Assembly (NCBI GenBank): GCA_032718475.1 | Contig: JAUCBJ010007248.1 | Coordinates: forward strand, 1 to 64,000 | Reading direction: 5' to 3' | Length of the DNA stretch: 64,000 nt | DNA from: Nemertoderma westbladi | Lineage: Eukaryota > Animalia > Xenacoelomorpha | Part shown: piece by piece, positions 26,044 to 38,665 of the stretch | Layout: every line of letters starts with the position of its first letter | How positions within the stretch are numbered: position 1 is the stretch's first letter | The notes under the pieces: generated by a model | What the model was told of the DNA's origin: nothing | What the model saw: the letters and a program-made list of their open reading frames with translations, nothing else | The model's database searches: none | Made by a program: the position numbers and the translations under genes

Positions 26044-27811
26044 TACTCATTGTCCTTACTTCCCCACCACATGTCGGGTACCTATAACAATTGGGTGGAC
26101 TGAAGATACAGATAGTTGGAGTTCGAACTAACGGCGGGCGGAAGACAGAGATGAAGACCATGCTATATTACTACTGCTATCCTACACCCCAAACGGTGTT
26201 AAAGAATTTGGCCGCCTGTTACCATTTTCGAAACATGTAAATCATTCACCTTTGAACCCCATGCTGTATGTGCCATTATGAACCACCATTCCTATCCAAC
26301 ATTCATTTTATCGTTCTACAGTACAACACCATTCTGCAACATAATAATAATTATTCTTGTCTGTTGTCTGTTGATAAATCAGTCCCGCAAAACGTATTTT
26401 TCGTATAAAACCCATTTTCGGACAACTCTTCGATTTATCACTCTTCAGCGTTTCAAAATTGTTTGCTTTTGGCTATAATTAGTAATATAGGTACTAAGAT
26501 GCTATTGCACATGCCAGGTCAGAAAAATTTCATTTTTCGCTATTTAATATTAGTTAATACTACGTAGTTAACAATAAATAAACTTGTTGCGCTTAAAACC
26601 CTAAGGCTTATACAGTTTTAAATATAATCACAGGAAAGATTTGTTTTACTGTATGATAGATCAAAGATGGGGCAACATAAATATTAGGTGAAATTTTGTG
26701 AAAATAATTCCGCACCGCTAGGTGGCGCTGCAAATTTATGCTAATTTTTTAGGTTTATTATAAATGGTATTAAATTTTATTAACAAAGAATTTCAAAAAG
26801 TTGTCTGATACTTTATGCAGGGTGGCTATGTAGACACCCACAGAAGTTTTCAGACTATTCGCTCAAAAATTGTAGAAGTACTGTAGTAGGGTTTTGAAAT
26901 TGATAATTTCATAAAAAAAATATTTGGAGATAATCAATCTTTTATTGTACGGGTGTACATAGTAATAGTAATTATTCAATAGGCCTCCCTAAATGGAAAT
27001 TGTTATAACTTGAAAACTAAAAGAGCTATTAAATAGCGGTTTTCAGATTTGGAAATACCATTTAAACATGCATATAATTACATAATTTTGATACTATGTA
27101 GCCTACATTTTAAATAACCTACTCTGTAACCTGTTTCTTTCCTTTAATATATTCATATAACTTAACTGTTTATTGTTTTTGTTAGAAAACCTGTCCCTGC
27201 AACCTGTTCATTTCCACGCATTTGTATTTGTTACCGAAATGGTTTATTGCTTTGGTTAGAAAAGTTCACCTCTGTAACTTGCCCCTTTCCCAGTATTGTT
27301 AACGATGTGTTTTACAGTATTGGATAGAAAAGCGTTTCCATCGATTAATTGGTAACTTGGTTTGCTTTGGTTAGTTACATTAAACCTTCAATTTGGGTGT
27401 GAGGGGGTGGGGCATTCTGCTCCGGAGGGGGCATATGGTGGTAGGCGAAAATGCCCCGGTAAATCTCCCCGGATGGCATTTTCGCCTGTGATAGTACGGT
27501 TAATAGAGTAATAAGTTGATAAGTTTGTAAAAGCTTATATGTCGCATAAATAAAATATTGAAATTGGTAAAACGTCCTTATGTTGTCAATTTGCCGGAAA
27601 AACCTTACAAGGAGGTTAAGTATCCATATTTCTGCTATCAGAAAACGATCAAACACCACTTCGAACTTATAACGTGCAATAAAAGAGATTAAAATTGCAG
27701 ATATGTTAAATTAGTAAACAAAAAACCTGTTTTCTCAAAACTACTGTACTATACTATTTTAGATTTATTATAACTTTTTGTTGGGCGCAGCTTTTGCAAA
27801 GTCGGCAATGA

Positions 27812-27880
27812 CGTCCAAGTGGGATCGAATTGGTGACCTCCGAGTTGGAAGTCTGACGCTCTAGCCATTCAGCTAGACGC
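27812..27880 (-). pseudogene. tRNA-like sequence (tRNA pseudogene or SINE head)
   Basis: Minus strand GCGTCTAGCTGAATGGCTAGAGCGTCAGACTTCCAACTCGGAGGTCACCAATTCGATCCCACTTGGACG: D-arm/A-box and acceptor-like pairing but a degenerate T-arm. Confidence 0.55.
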
Positions 27881-27922
27881 TCAGTACATAACACCAATAA
27901 TAAACTACGTATTTTAGACTTT

Positions 27923-28125
27923 GTCCGCGTTCACACTACCGAGTCAAAGTCAAAGTCAAAAGACAAAATGTAAATCACAAAACATGAATTTAATTTTTTC
28001 TAGAATCCCCTTATTTATTATATGGCCTATATACTGTAATGTATTATTACTGTATATATTATTGCTAGCTAACTATATTTATTTTATTTTGACTTTGACT
28101 TTGACTCGGTAGTGTGAACGCGGCC
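27923..28125. mobile_element. PIF/Harbinger-type MITE, second copy (inverted relative to 5068-5258)
   Basis: CCGCGTTCACACTACCGAGTCAAAGTCAAA / TTTGACTTTGACTCGGTAGTGTGAACGCGGCC-TTA; internal sequence matches the first copy. Confidence 0.85.
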
Positions 28126-28861
28126 TTAGACGTTATTCTACCACCCGCTCCCCACGATATTCTTTATTACCTTCTGTCACAAAGAAACCTACAACCTAGT
28201 AGGGCCTAGTAGGGCCCTACTACATCTGTCTATCATATATTTTTAAAGGGCCAACTACATATTAATAATTACTAGATACTGCGCGTGATGTTTCGAGGGA
28301 GGTACTGTAATACTTCCGTACCGGTATCTCATCTTCTGCAGCCTATTTCCCCTTATAAATAAAAAGTCACGCTTCCATATGAAGCCATTTAGGTGGGCGT
28401 GTGGTGCCTAGTTTTATTTACTGAGAGGGAGATGTCATATTTGTGACAGCCTAGCTTCCTTTAGAGATCGCTTCCTTACGACTGGGTTTCTGCTATCGGG
28501 CCTGCCCAACACAGCGCACCCAAAGACAACTAAGTTATCATATTTAATTCCTTTCCTTACGCCTAATTTCTATCATCCCAACATCTCTATTGCATATCCA
28601 AAACACTAAAGGTGGATGAGCAAAATTTAGCAAATTTTTACAAATATGTAAATTTGATAATTTGTTATTGATTTAATATAAAATTAATATTAGGCAGGTA
28701 CGTACATAGGCCTATTGTTAGATGCATATTGTAGTTGCATAAACAATTACGTAAAGATACCAATGAGATTGTGGTCAAATCTATTCTAAAATGTACAAAA
28801 TTTCCTATTCTAATAATTTCTTTTAATTAAACAATAAAAATATAAATTTAGGTAAAATAAT

Positions 28862-31800
28862 TTAGTTAATTTGTCTGCCGTATAAACTGTTGTAGAATGC
28901 CAATAAACCTGCATCGCGACTGGCTATAATTTCGTTGCTTAGATACATTGATTGTGGCCAATTAATAGACCCAGTAGAGAATTCATTAGTCGTTATTGGA
29001 TAGATAGAACCGAACGCGTATAGCGATGATCGTTTCAACAGGTTCAGGTCAAATGGTTGAATTGGTAACGAATTATCACTTCTCTCCAATTGGTCCAATT
29101 GCTGACGTTTGATTTTGTAACTGAAATAGAATAAATGTATTGCCATAAGTTTATGTACCAGAACTACCGTGAACTCAAGCACGCACTCAGTGCTTAATAC
29201 TATTTTTAGATTCATGCTACTACTGATGGATAATAAAACGCAGTTTCCGTGCGGCCAAAGCACAAGATTATGCACTGGCTGGTCCTCACGGCGAAAGTAA
29301 TGTCCTGCAAAGCAGAGGCGGTTCCGTTCAAGTGTCAAGCTAGGGAAGACTATGGAACACCTCCAATGTTGTATAGAGTCTGATTGCCGATGTGTTCATT
29401 GTGCTTGACACAATGAACCCGGTGCAGCATTCTTATGAAAGTGCCATCCAGAGATTTGGTATCCTCTACAGTTAGAGCCCAGCATGGACTCCCATATAAG
29501 AGTACTGGTACTACTACCGTAATAATAAATAATCGAATCTTAAGGTTCCGTTTTATTCTATGGGACTTCCAGATTCTGGTGAGACTATTTAACGCTACCC
29601 ATGTCTTCCCCTTACGTATCGGAGTAGCAGAAGTAATCATCCACATGCCCAAGCAAGCCGTGCGTCCCTAGAGCTTATGCCCTTACTATCAGACATTTCT
29701 TGAGAGCTGTCACAAAAAGACCAACAATAGAAGCAACCTGCTCCAATGAGCAGAGGAGCCTTTGGGTTCCTCTAGTGATTCTGAGAGTACTCCTAAGTCA
29801 TCAGCAAAGTGTAGATTAGTGAGGTACTTTGCTGGATTTCCTCTACTCCTTGTGCCAGTATTGGCCAGTATACGGGGTGTTACCATCATCCCATCTTTAT
29901 TAAGATGGTCTAAATACATGCGTAGAAAATAATTAACCACAATCACGAATAAGAATGGTGCAAGTGTGTCACCCTGAAGGACTCCCCATAACACTTCAAA
30001 TGGTTCTGTGTCACCATCAGCAGTAGACTGACACAAATGTGGTGGAACAATCTGTGGGTGATCTGATAGCTGCAATAATTTCCCCAGGAATCCGACATGC
30101 TGCCAGTATGCTAAACATAAGTGGTCGGAGGACTGATTGAAAGGCTTTAAAGAAGTCAACAAAGACAATAGCCAGTTGTTTGTCTTTCTTTATTGATAAC
30201 TCTTCGATTACCCTCCTAAGTGCCAGAATAGGCTCCATGGTCCCACGACCTTTACGGAACCCATTTTGGTTCCCACGTAACAGTCTCTCAACTCAACAGG
30301 ATCCCTAATGCGATTTATTATAATTCTGTTGTATTCTTGCGTGTAAAGGTGGTTTTGGTTGAGGTTGTGATTTGTGATTAATTGAAAGTAGTTTATTAAT
30401 AATTATACATTTTTTGTCTCAGACGGTCAACCTTTCTAATAATATGTAACACGGATGGGAAAGCAAAGCTGATAATTCCAGGTTTAATTTCCTGTTAAAA
30501 ATTGCCACGAATATCAACACGAATATGCACTGCACCTGTTTCCATCTCTGGACCTTCATTGCAGGTAAATACAGCGAAATGTTAGTATGTATAACCTAAA
30601 CCTGAATAATAAAGTTTATCCAAGCAATATTATTTAATTTTATGTAATTATTGGTTTCCTAGTTTGAATTTATTATAATTTTTAACTGAATTTAATTTCG
30701 GCGATAACGGCATTTCCAGCTTGACGCCACCAACAATAAACTAACGTGGTTACCATGGTTATGGTAAGTGTTAACAAACAACCCGATTGGAATTATAAAA
30801 GAGAACCGAGCATTATTGTGTCGAGGGCGGCCTACCAAAACCTGTTCCAATTACGTAATAAGTTTATGAAATCAATCGCTGTTAAATCTACATTTATTGT
30901 ATTTTTAGGTTATTTTTTGTTTCCTATTTGCAAACTGGTTGCTCATCACAACCGCTAATAATGTAACCGCAGGTTCTAGAACTGGGAATCTCACAACTGT
31001 TCTTGATAATATATTGGGTGATCATGGAAACGAAACTGAAAGAATCTCTGAACCAAGGACCACCATTGTATCTGAAACTACCGTTATGTTACAAGCTGAA
31101 ACATCAGTTAATACCGAAACTACGAACAATGTAGTCACTACTGACACTACTGGGCAGGTTTCATGTTCAACGATCAACTCGATAAAATTTAGCTATATAT
31201 TTATTGTAGTATTTATAGTCAAACTTAGTACATATTATATGTACTTTCCATAAAATCTTAAACGACTCTTATTTCAGTATATTAATACCGGTAGTAGACA
31301 AATGCTGTTGATAGCTGAGGTGATGTCTGTCTGTACTATATGGACTTTCGCCTTTGTAGGGTGAACAACAAAGTAAGCGAACTGATACATTTTGCCTGCA
31401 AAGGGACATTATAAATTCTCACGTGCTGCGCAAAGACCTCGTTTCGTGAACAGAAAAGTTATACATTTAGTAGGCCTAAAATAATGTTATATTAGTGTTC
31501 ATATAGACTAATAATATTGTAGTTTAAATTTTGACCATTCAAATAAGTTTATACCAATTTAAAAAAAAACTATGCAGTAATTACTAAAACTAAAACCGAT
31601 ACCCAATGTTGCATGCAATTGATCAATTTATTCTGTACTGTGCACTAACTATGGGAGAGCAGAGAGGGTTGAACCACGAGGAGGGGTGTATCAGTGCAAT
31701 TTAAAGGGGGGACGCTTGTGTTTGGCGTTTCCATGGATTCCCCATTAGAGAGAATACAATATTTTAAACTGAACCTACTGTCTAATTTAGTCCAACTCTA

Positions 31801-34800
31801 GCCTACATGCTGTTTTTCTATGAAGGAAAGTATACTTTGCCACCAGTTTTCTAGAACTGATACCACTGTTTTGGATCCCTCCTAACTGTATTTAATTGAT
31901 TTGACGATTCACCAATAAATGTGATACTATTCTGGTAGAGAAATTATCCAGACCATTCAGCTTCAAAATTAGGTATGAACAATTACGTCACTATGGTCTG
32001 CACTTTTCGTACACAATGCCTTTTTCAAAAAATGGAGTAGTGTGGGAGTCTTGAATCAATGGAGAGGTAGGAGGGTTGAACCACTTCGGAAGGATGGGTA
32101 TGGGGATGGGGTTCACCTATTTTCCTATTGGTTGTTCTAGCTATGTATTTATCTACAGGTACCGGTACAGTATGGATGCTATTTAGTAGGACTACTAATT
32201 GACTATGCTTGTTTCATTGTTACTGTACTTTCTTGTCAACCCGTGGTGACCGGTAGTAGATAATGGTAGATTCAGAGTCAGAAGATGTTCATAGTGAGTC
32301 CAACCAGAGCCACAGGCTATAGTCACTCGAAGAGTCGAAGGAGGAGAATAACAAACGCACCCAATTGCCTAAAATCATTGAAAAAACACAGACAGACAGA
32401 CAGAGAGACTAATTTTCATCGACATACTGTATTTTCATTTAATAACATTGCTTATATGGTTGGTTAACCCTTCTAACCCCCCTGATTCAAGCCTCCTACT
32501 GTATATGGGGTAGTGAAGCAGTTCTGCGTGAAGCAGAAAACTCAGCTCGGGAAAACGTATATTTCTCATATAATACTTAATTTTTTAGCACCTTATGTCT
32601 TCCAATATGATGCGGAATAGATTTTTTTATTTATTTGTGCAAATTCATCCTGAAAATGTGGACCAGAATAAATCAAATCAATTTTTTGTAAGTTTTGGTT
32701 CATCCCTCGTTTCCCTCCCCAACTTATCTTCAAAAATATTTACAGCGACACCTACCGTCGGTTTTGGAACCAAATCTTCACTTGGGTTTGAGAGAGTTTC
32801 AATGTGACCGCAAGATGGCGTCTTTCGTCAGCAGTTAGATAACGTTGCATCTGAAACCGTCTTTCGAGTTCGTAAACCTGTAATGAATATATCCGATCCA
32901 TAATAGTAATTGTGAGCATTTCATAATTGATTAATGAGGTAGGCCTAACTCTTGGCACAATGACAAAGCAGAATGCACCAAATGCAATGTACTATAGGGA
33001 GAGGGGGGGGGGGGGGGGGGGGGGATATAACTAAACTAAAAACTAAACATTTCCCCATAGTCCGTCCTTCTCAGTGGGAGTTAGTCCTATATCTCCCATG
33101 GATAGCCTATGCGTTGCCTGTAATAATATATAAACTCAATTCCACATGGGAATGATAAGTAATGACGAAATAGAAGAAATAAAGATTATGTGACGGAGTA
33201 AGTTAAGGGATCTCCTGTTAGTGGGAAACTACAGTACTGTGCGTTGAGTAACAGCACTTTATTACACCTGTTAGATACTAGCGACATCTCTGTGGAAATT
33301 TATAAGGATATATTCTGTACCCTAACCCGTCTTCATGGTGTACCTAACGAGTTGATTCAAAATACACTAAGAAATTAATGTTACCCCGGCTTACTAGGCA
33401 CATTCGCCACAAGTTGTATTACAACCATCCAATGCCATCTTTAAAATCGATCAACCTATCATTCAGCTACAGCAAGCGGTCACTATTTAGTGAGTTAGAC
33501 CTCGGTACACTCACAATGCTGGAAACACAGGGTTACCAATACATCAGCTGCACACATCGACTAAGAATACCTTTTCCGGAGAAGCACTCAAGAATAGTGG
33601 ACTACAAATTGACAAAACAGACACATATTAAGTATATACTGTACATACACATTATTAAGGAGTAGGCAATAATGGAAATAAGCTGCAAACTTTAGGGGTA
33701 ATCCTATATGTTATGTTGGACAATACCTTTATACCGGTACATTGTTTGGTGTATTTGTTATTGTTTTTACATAATGTATAAATAAATCTATCTATCTATC
33801 ATCATCACATCATCACATCTGGTAGACTGCACATGGACCAAACATCTGGTATACTGCACATGGACCAAACATCTGGTATGCTGCACATGAACCAACATCT
33901 GGTATACTGCACATGGACCAAACTTTTGGTATACTGCACATGGACCAAACATCTGGTATACTGCACATGTACTAAACATATGGTATACTGCACATGGACC
34001 AACATCTGGTATACTGCACATGGACCAAACTTTTGGTATACTGCACATGCACTAAACATCTGGTATACTGCACATGGAACAAACATTTGGTATACTGCAC
34101 ATGGACCAAACATCTGGTATACTGCACATGGACCAAACATTTGGTATACTGCACATGAACCAAACATCTGGTATACTGCACATTGACCAAACATCTGGTA
34201 TACTGCACATGGAACAAACATTTGGTATACTGCACATGGACCAAACATCTGGTATACTGCACATGGACCAAACATTTGGTATACTGCACATAAACCAAAC
34301 ATCTGGTATACTGCACATTGACCAAACATCTGGTATACTGCACATGGAACAAACATCTGGTATACTGCACATGGAACAAACATCTGGTATACTCCACATG
34401 GACAAAACATCTGGTATACTGCACATGGACCAAACCTTTGGTATACTGCACATGAACCAAACATCTGGTATACTGCACATTGACCAAACATGTGGTATAC
34501 TGCACATGAACCAAACATCTGGTATACTGCACATTGACCAAACATGTGGTATACTGCACATGGACCAAACATCTGGTATACTGTACATGGACCAAAAATT
34601 TGGTATACTGCACATGAACCAAACATCTGGTATACTGCAAATGAACCAAACATCTGGTATACTGCACATGGATCAAACCTTTGGTATACTGCACATGAAC
34701 CAAACATCTGGTATACTGCACATTGACCAAACATGTGGTATATTGCACATGGACCAAACATCTGGTATACTGCACATGGACCAAACATCTGGTATACTGC

Positions 34801-36337
34801 ACATGTACTAAACATCTGGTATTCTGCACATGAACCAACATCTGGTATACCGCACATGGACCAAACTTTTGGTATACTGCACATGCACTAAACATCTGGT
34901 GTACTGCACATGGAACAAACATTTGGTATACTGCACATGGACCAAACATCTGGTATACTGCACATGGACCAAACATTTGGTATACTGCACATAAACCAAA
35001 CATCTGATATACTGCACATGGAAAAAACTTCTGGTATACTGCACATGGATAAAACATCTAGTATACCGTACTGCACATGGACTAAACATTTGGTATACTG
35101 CACATGAACCAAACATCTGGTATACTGCACATTGACCAAACATTTGGTATGCTGCACATGGACCAAACATCTGGTATACTGCACATGGAACAAACATCTG
35201 GTATAGTCCACATGGACAAAACATCTGGTATACTGCATATGGACCAAACCTTTGGTATACTGCACATGAACCAAACATCTGGTATACTGCACATTGACCA
35301 AACATGTGGTATACTGCACATAAACCAACATCTGGTATACTGCACATGGACCAAACCTTTGGTATACTGCACATGAACCAAACATCTGGTATACTGCACA
35401 TTGACCAAACATGTGGTTTACTGCACATGAACCAAACATCTGGTATACTGCACATGGACCAAACCTTTGGTATACTGCACATGAACCAAACATCTGGTAT
35501 ACTGCACATTGACCAAACATTTGGTATACTGCACACGGACCAAACATTTATTATACTGCACATGAACCAAACATCTGGTATACTGCACATGGACCAAACA
35601 TTTGGAATACTGCACATGGACCAAACATCTTGTATTCTGCACATGGACCAAACATCTGGTATACTGCACATGGACCAAACATCTGGTATACTGCAAATGG
35701 AACAAACATTTGGTATAGTGCACATGGCAGCATGGACCAAACATCTGGTATACTGCACATGGACCATACATTTGGTATACTGCACATGGACCAAACATCT
35801 GGTATACTGCACATGGGCCAAACATCTGGTATACTGCACATGGACCAAATATCTGGTATGCTGTACATGGACCAAACATCTTGTATACTGCACATGGACT
35901 GATGGACCAAACATATAGTATACTGCACATTGACCAAAGATCTGGTATACTGCACATTGACCAAAGATCTGGTATACTGCACATGGACCAAACATCTGGT
36001 ATGCTGCACATGGACCAAACATTGTTGTCTAGTGAATCATTGCTCAGAGCCGCCTTTCGCCTGCAAAACAATTTGAAAATGAAATCGTGAAAAGCTTGCT
36101 TACCTGCGAATTTGAAAAAAGTATTCTTGGCTTCCTCATCAAACCGATAGGGGGCTCTGTTGAATCACAGTGAATGACGTCATGATTTCCGGTACAATCA
36201 TTACTGATAGGAACCTTTAAAGTCCCAGTAGACGCTATATTCTTATTGCAGGTTTCATGGGACCGGAATTCCTTCTTGGCGTTATTTTTTTCAACACCTA
36301 GAAGGTCAGCTATATGATAACTTTGGTAACGTGGCAT
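28862..36337 (-). CDS. NK4: NK4/tinman (Nkx2.5-like) homeobox transcription factor; complement(join(28862..29120,32756..32877,36104..36337)), 204 aa
   Basis: Exon 1: eh1/TN-like SYHIADLL and [11 protein letters not shown], then GTAAGC. Exon 2: CAG|VYELERRF...QVKIWFQNR+CG, then GTAGG. Exon 3: TTCAG|T completes Arg, then YKIKRQQ. Phases 0 and 2 join in frame (234+122+259=615 nt). Tyr54 marks NK2-type homeodomains; RKPR is typical of NK4. Confidence 0.88.
29245..30335 (-). mobile_element. Second, more decayed RTE-like RT fragment (same family as 24238-26043), in NK4 intron 2
   Basis: [44 protein letters not shown] spread over shifted frames. Confidence 0.9.
30755..31253 (+). CDS. Small secreted or GPI-anchored Thr-rich glycoprotein; join(30755..30763,30909..31253), 117 aa, nested antisense in NK4 intron 2
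   Basis: ACCATGGTTATG|GTAAGT donor and TTTTTAG|GTT acceptor join in phase 0 to [19 protein letters not shown] (signal-like), sequons NVT/NLT/NET, Thr/Glu-rich stalk, hydrophobic tail [21 protein letters not shown]. Possible 5' UTR exon 30423-30564. Confidence 0.65.
33673..33800 (+). mobile_element. Extremely 5'-truncated copy of the L2-group LINE 3' UTR
   Basis: Near-identical to 55149-55278, including AATAAA and the (CTAT)n tail. Confidence 0.9.
33815..36021. repeat. 27-bp minisatellite (ACATCTGGTATACTGCACATGGACCAA)n, roughly 80 copies, in NK4 intron 1
   Basis: Visible tandem unit with variants; 9-aa periodic ORFs on both strands. Confidence 0.97.
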
Positions 36338-38278
36338 CGTTTTCTACAATCTACTGTTGTTAACCTTACCGGTAACTGTTTACTGCGTCCAACACAAGAA
36401 TGTTATGAATTATGCAGTAGGTATGGATTAATAATCTAGGCGCATACTGTAGGATTTGGTATTATATCAATATGTCAATCTGTGTGTTATACTGTACATT
36501 AATTGAAAATGTCTTCAATTATAGGTCTATGTTTTATTAGTTTATCTTATGCATTGGATTCTCTACTGTACCTTTATCGATCTTATGTCTGTAGTGGTAC
36601 CAGTACCGGTACAGTATGACAGTGTAGATTGTTGTCAGATTACAGATCTGACGAGTTATTAAGGAATTTTGCAATTTTGGTTTTGTTAATTTATTGTTTG
36701 TAGAGTTACAGAATGTATTCTTCATAGTAGCGATTTTGACTTGTGTAATTTTGAAGTAATAAACGGACTTAATTAATATATTAGGCTTGGTTGGAGTTAT
36801 TTACGGTAGCGAAAGTGCATTATCCCTAATAAACAGAATCAATGTGGCGCAAAATAGTTTTGAAAATATCATGTTTAGTGGATTTAGTGGTGAACTTTAA
36901 CAAATTACTGTACAGAATTAAGAGTGACGAGAGAATAATACAGTTGCGGCGTTTTCTAACCAAAACAATAAACCAAATTAAATTTTGTAATTGCGTATGT
37001 GCGACTACGTCCTGCAGAATTATAAAAGAAAATTACAAAAGAAATCAACCACAATGAAGCCGTTTAAACAATATCAGATTAAACATTAAATGAAATAAAA
37101 ATAACTTTTTGAAACTTGTGGGACAATAATTGAGGCTCTGGTATTCTTAAAAATACACCAATAGCGTAAGTTGTCAATAGTTCTCAAATCGTCCTATTGG
37201 CTAAGAAATAACACTACAGACTGTTTGTAGTCTGACTATAGTACGTACACAGACTGTTAATGGCCTCCAGGGTTTTAAATAAATACCAAGTATTGTTTTG
37301 TTGTGCAGTTCTGAATTAAGCCCCAGGCACCATGTGTGTATCTGGGACGCTTTACAATCTAGAACCATTATACTACAACCAGTTCTCACGGTTCAATATG
37401 CCTTCAAGGGATTTTAAGTAAAAAGCATTGGAGCACGCTGGGATGTATTGGGGCACTGGTACTCAAGTGAGTGTCTTTACAAATAGCCGTGAGGCAGTGT
37501 CTGTCACACATTGTTGGATATTGTCTTTATAAATGTACCTGTATTGGTACAAACAGAGCAAAAATAACCCCTCAATCAAACTTGGGAGGTAATCAAATGA
37601 TATTTTTCCATGTGGCAACCAAATCCCAGCACTGTATCGCTGTTTAGTGTTCCACAGTACTGTGGCGTCCTGTACCGGTGTACAGTAGGCCTAGCGTTAG
37701 TGTACCACCACGATATAGTGTATACTGCATCGGTGTACCAATCTAGTGTACCACAGCGCTGTATCCGATTAGTGTACCACAGCTCAGCGCTGTACCAGTC
37801 TAGTGTACCACATCTCTGTACCACTATTCTGTTCCACACAGGCGTCCTGCACCGGTGTATTTTTACTTTACAAGCCTCATTTATTCACAAAATACTAAAT
37901 TCAAATTAAAAAATTTAAACACAAATATAGATATTGAACATTCAATTAAAAACAATTACCGAAGCGCGGGAAATTTAAAAAGTAAAACAACACCACCACC
38001 AATCAACCGTCTGATAACAGGAGATGTGTCAGCGATAGCTGCTGCCCCTGTCCGCATCGGTCGCTTGCCGCCAGTTGCTTTCGTCGCAGATGACCATCCC
38101 TTTGTACAGTCGTGCGTGCTTTGACAGTCTCTTGGAGAGAATAAAGATGGCAGGCAGCCCATGACTCTCTTGTTGATCCGTGGCCTGTTTGGAGATGCGG
38201 ATAATCTCACGAAAGATTGTGGTAGCTTCATGTTGTTAAAGTTGGAAAATTTGGCAAAAAAGTAAGTTGGCAAAAAAA

Positions 38279-38326
38279 TTAAGTTGGTAATCTCAACGCA
38301 GCTGCGCGTTGAGATTACCAACTTAA
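38279..38326. repeat. Short hairpin-forming inverted repeat
   Basis: TTAAGTTGGTAATCTCAACGC-AGCTGC-GCGTTGAGATTACCAACTTAA. Confidence 0.85.
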
Positions 38327-38665
38327 CTTTTTAAGTAATGCAGCATGCCGATTATACTACAGTAATACAGTTATAATATATACAGTAGTTATAATACTGT
38401 AGTATTAAACATATTTTATTTACATCTACTGTAGTTCGTATTTTTCCTCTTAAAATTGCCTTTTGTCGCCTTGAAACCAATGAACTTCCTCGTATTCCGT
38501 CATAGGCAATGCGCATCTCCCCTTAACCGATTTGGTAAAGAGAATCTTTAACTGTCGCAACTTCCAAAGTAATTCGGATAGTTCATAAAATATTAATTAT
38601 TAAGTTTACGGCAACACATTGCGGCTAGGCATTTCGGTATAATAATTCGTCTCACATATGGAAAT

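Noticed and set aside
26712-26730. CTCF-like motif CCGCTAGGTGGCGC
   Set aside because: Single motif match inside probable TE-derived sequence; no functional evidence.
28862-29338. 158-aa ORF as one protein
   Set aside because: Chimera: the N-terminal part is RTE sequence and intron; only 28862-29120 is NK4 exon 3.
30423-30763. LRR-like peptides ([24 protein letters not shown]) in exon-like segments
   Set aside because: In-frame stop and incompatible splice phases; better explained as UTR of the nested gene or chance.
33788-36090. Cys/His-rich repeat ORFs resembling zinc-finger or metal-binding proteins
   Set aside because: Translation of a 27-bp intronic minisatellite; frame-breaking 26-bp units show no coding constraint.
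36020-36103. Alternative short intron after NK4 exon 1 (acceptor TTTTGCAG at ~36061-36068)
   Set aside because: Its use gives AKGGSEQ then a stop, destroying the homeodomain; no support without transcripts.
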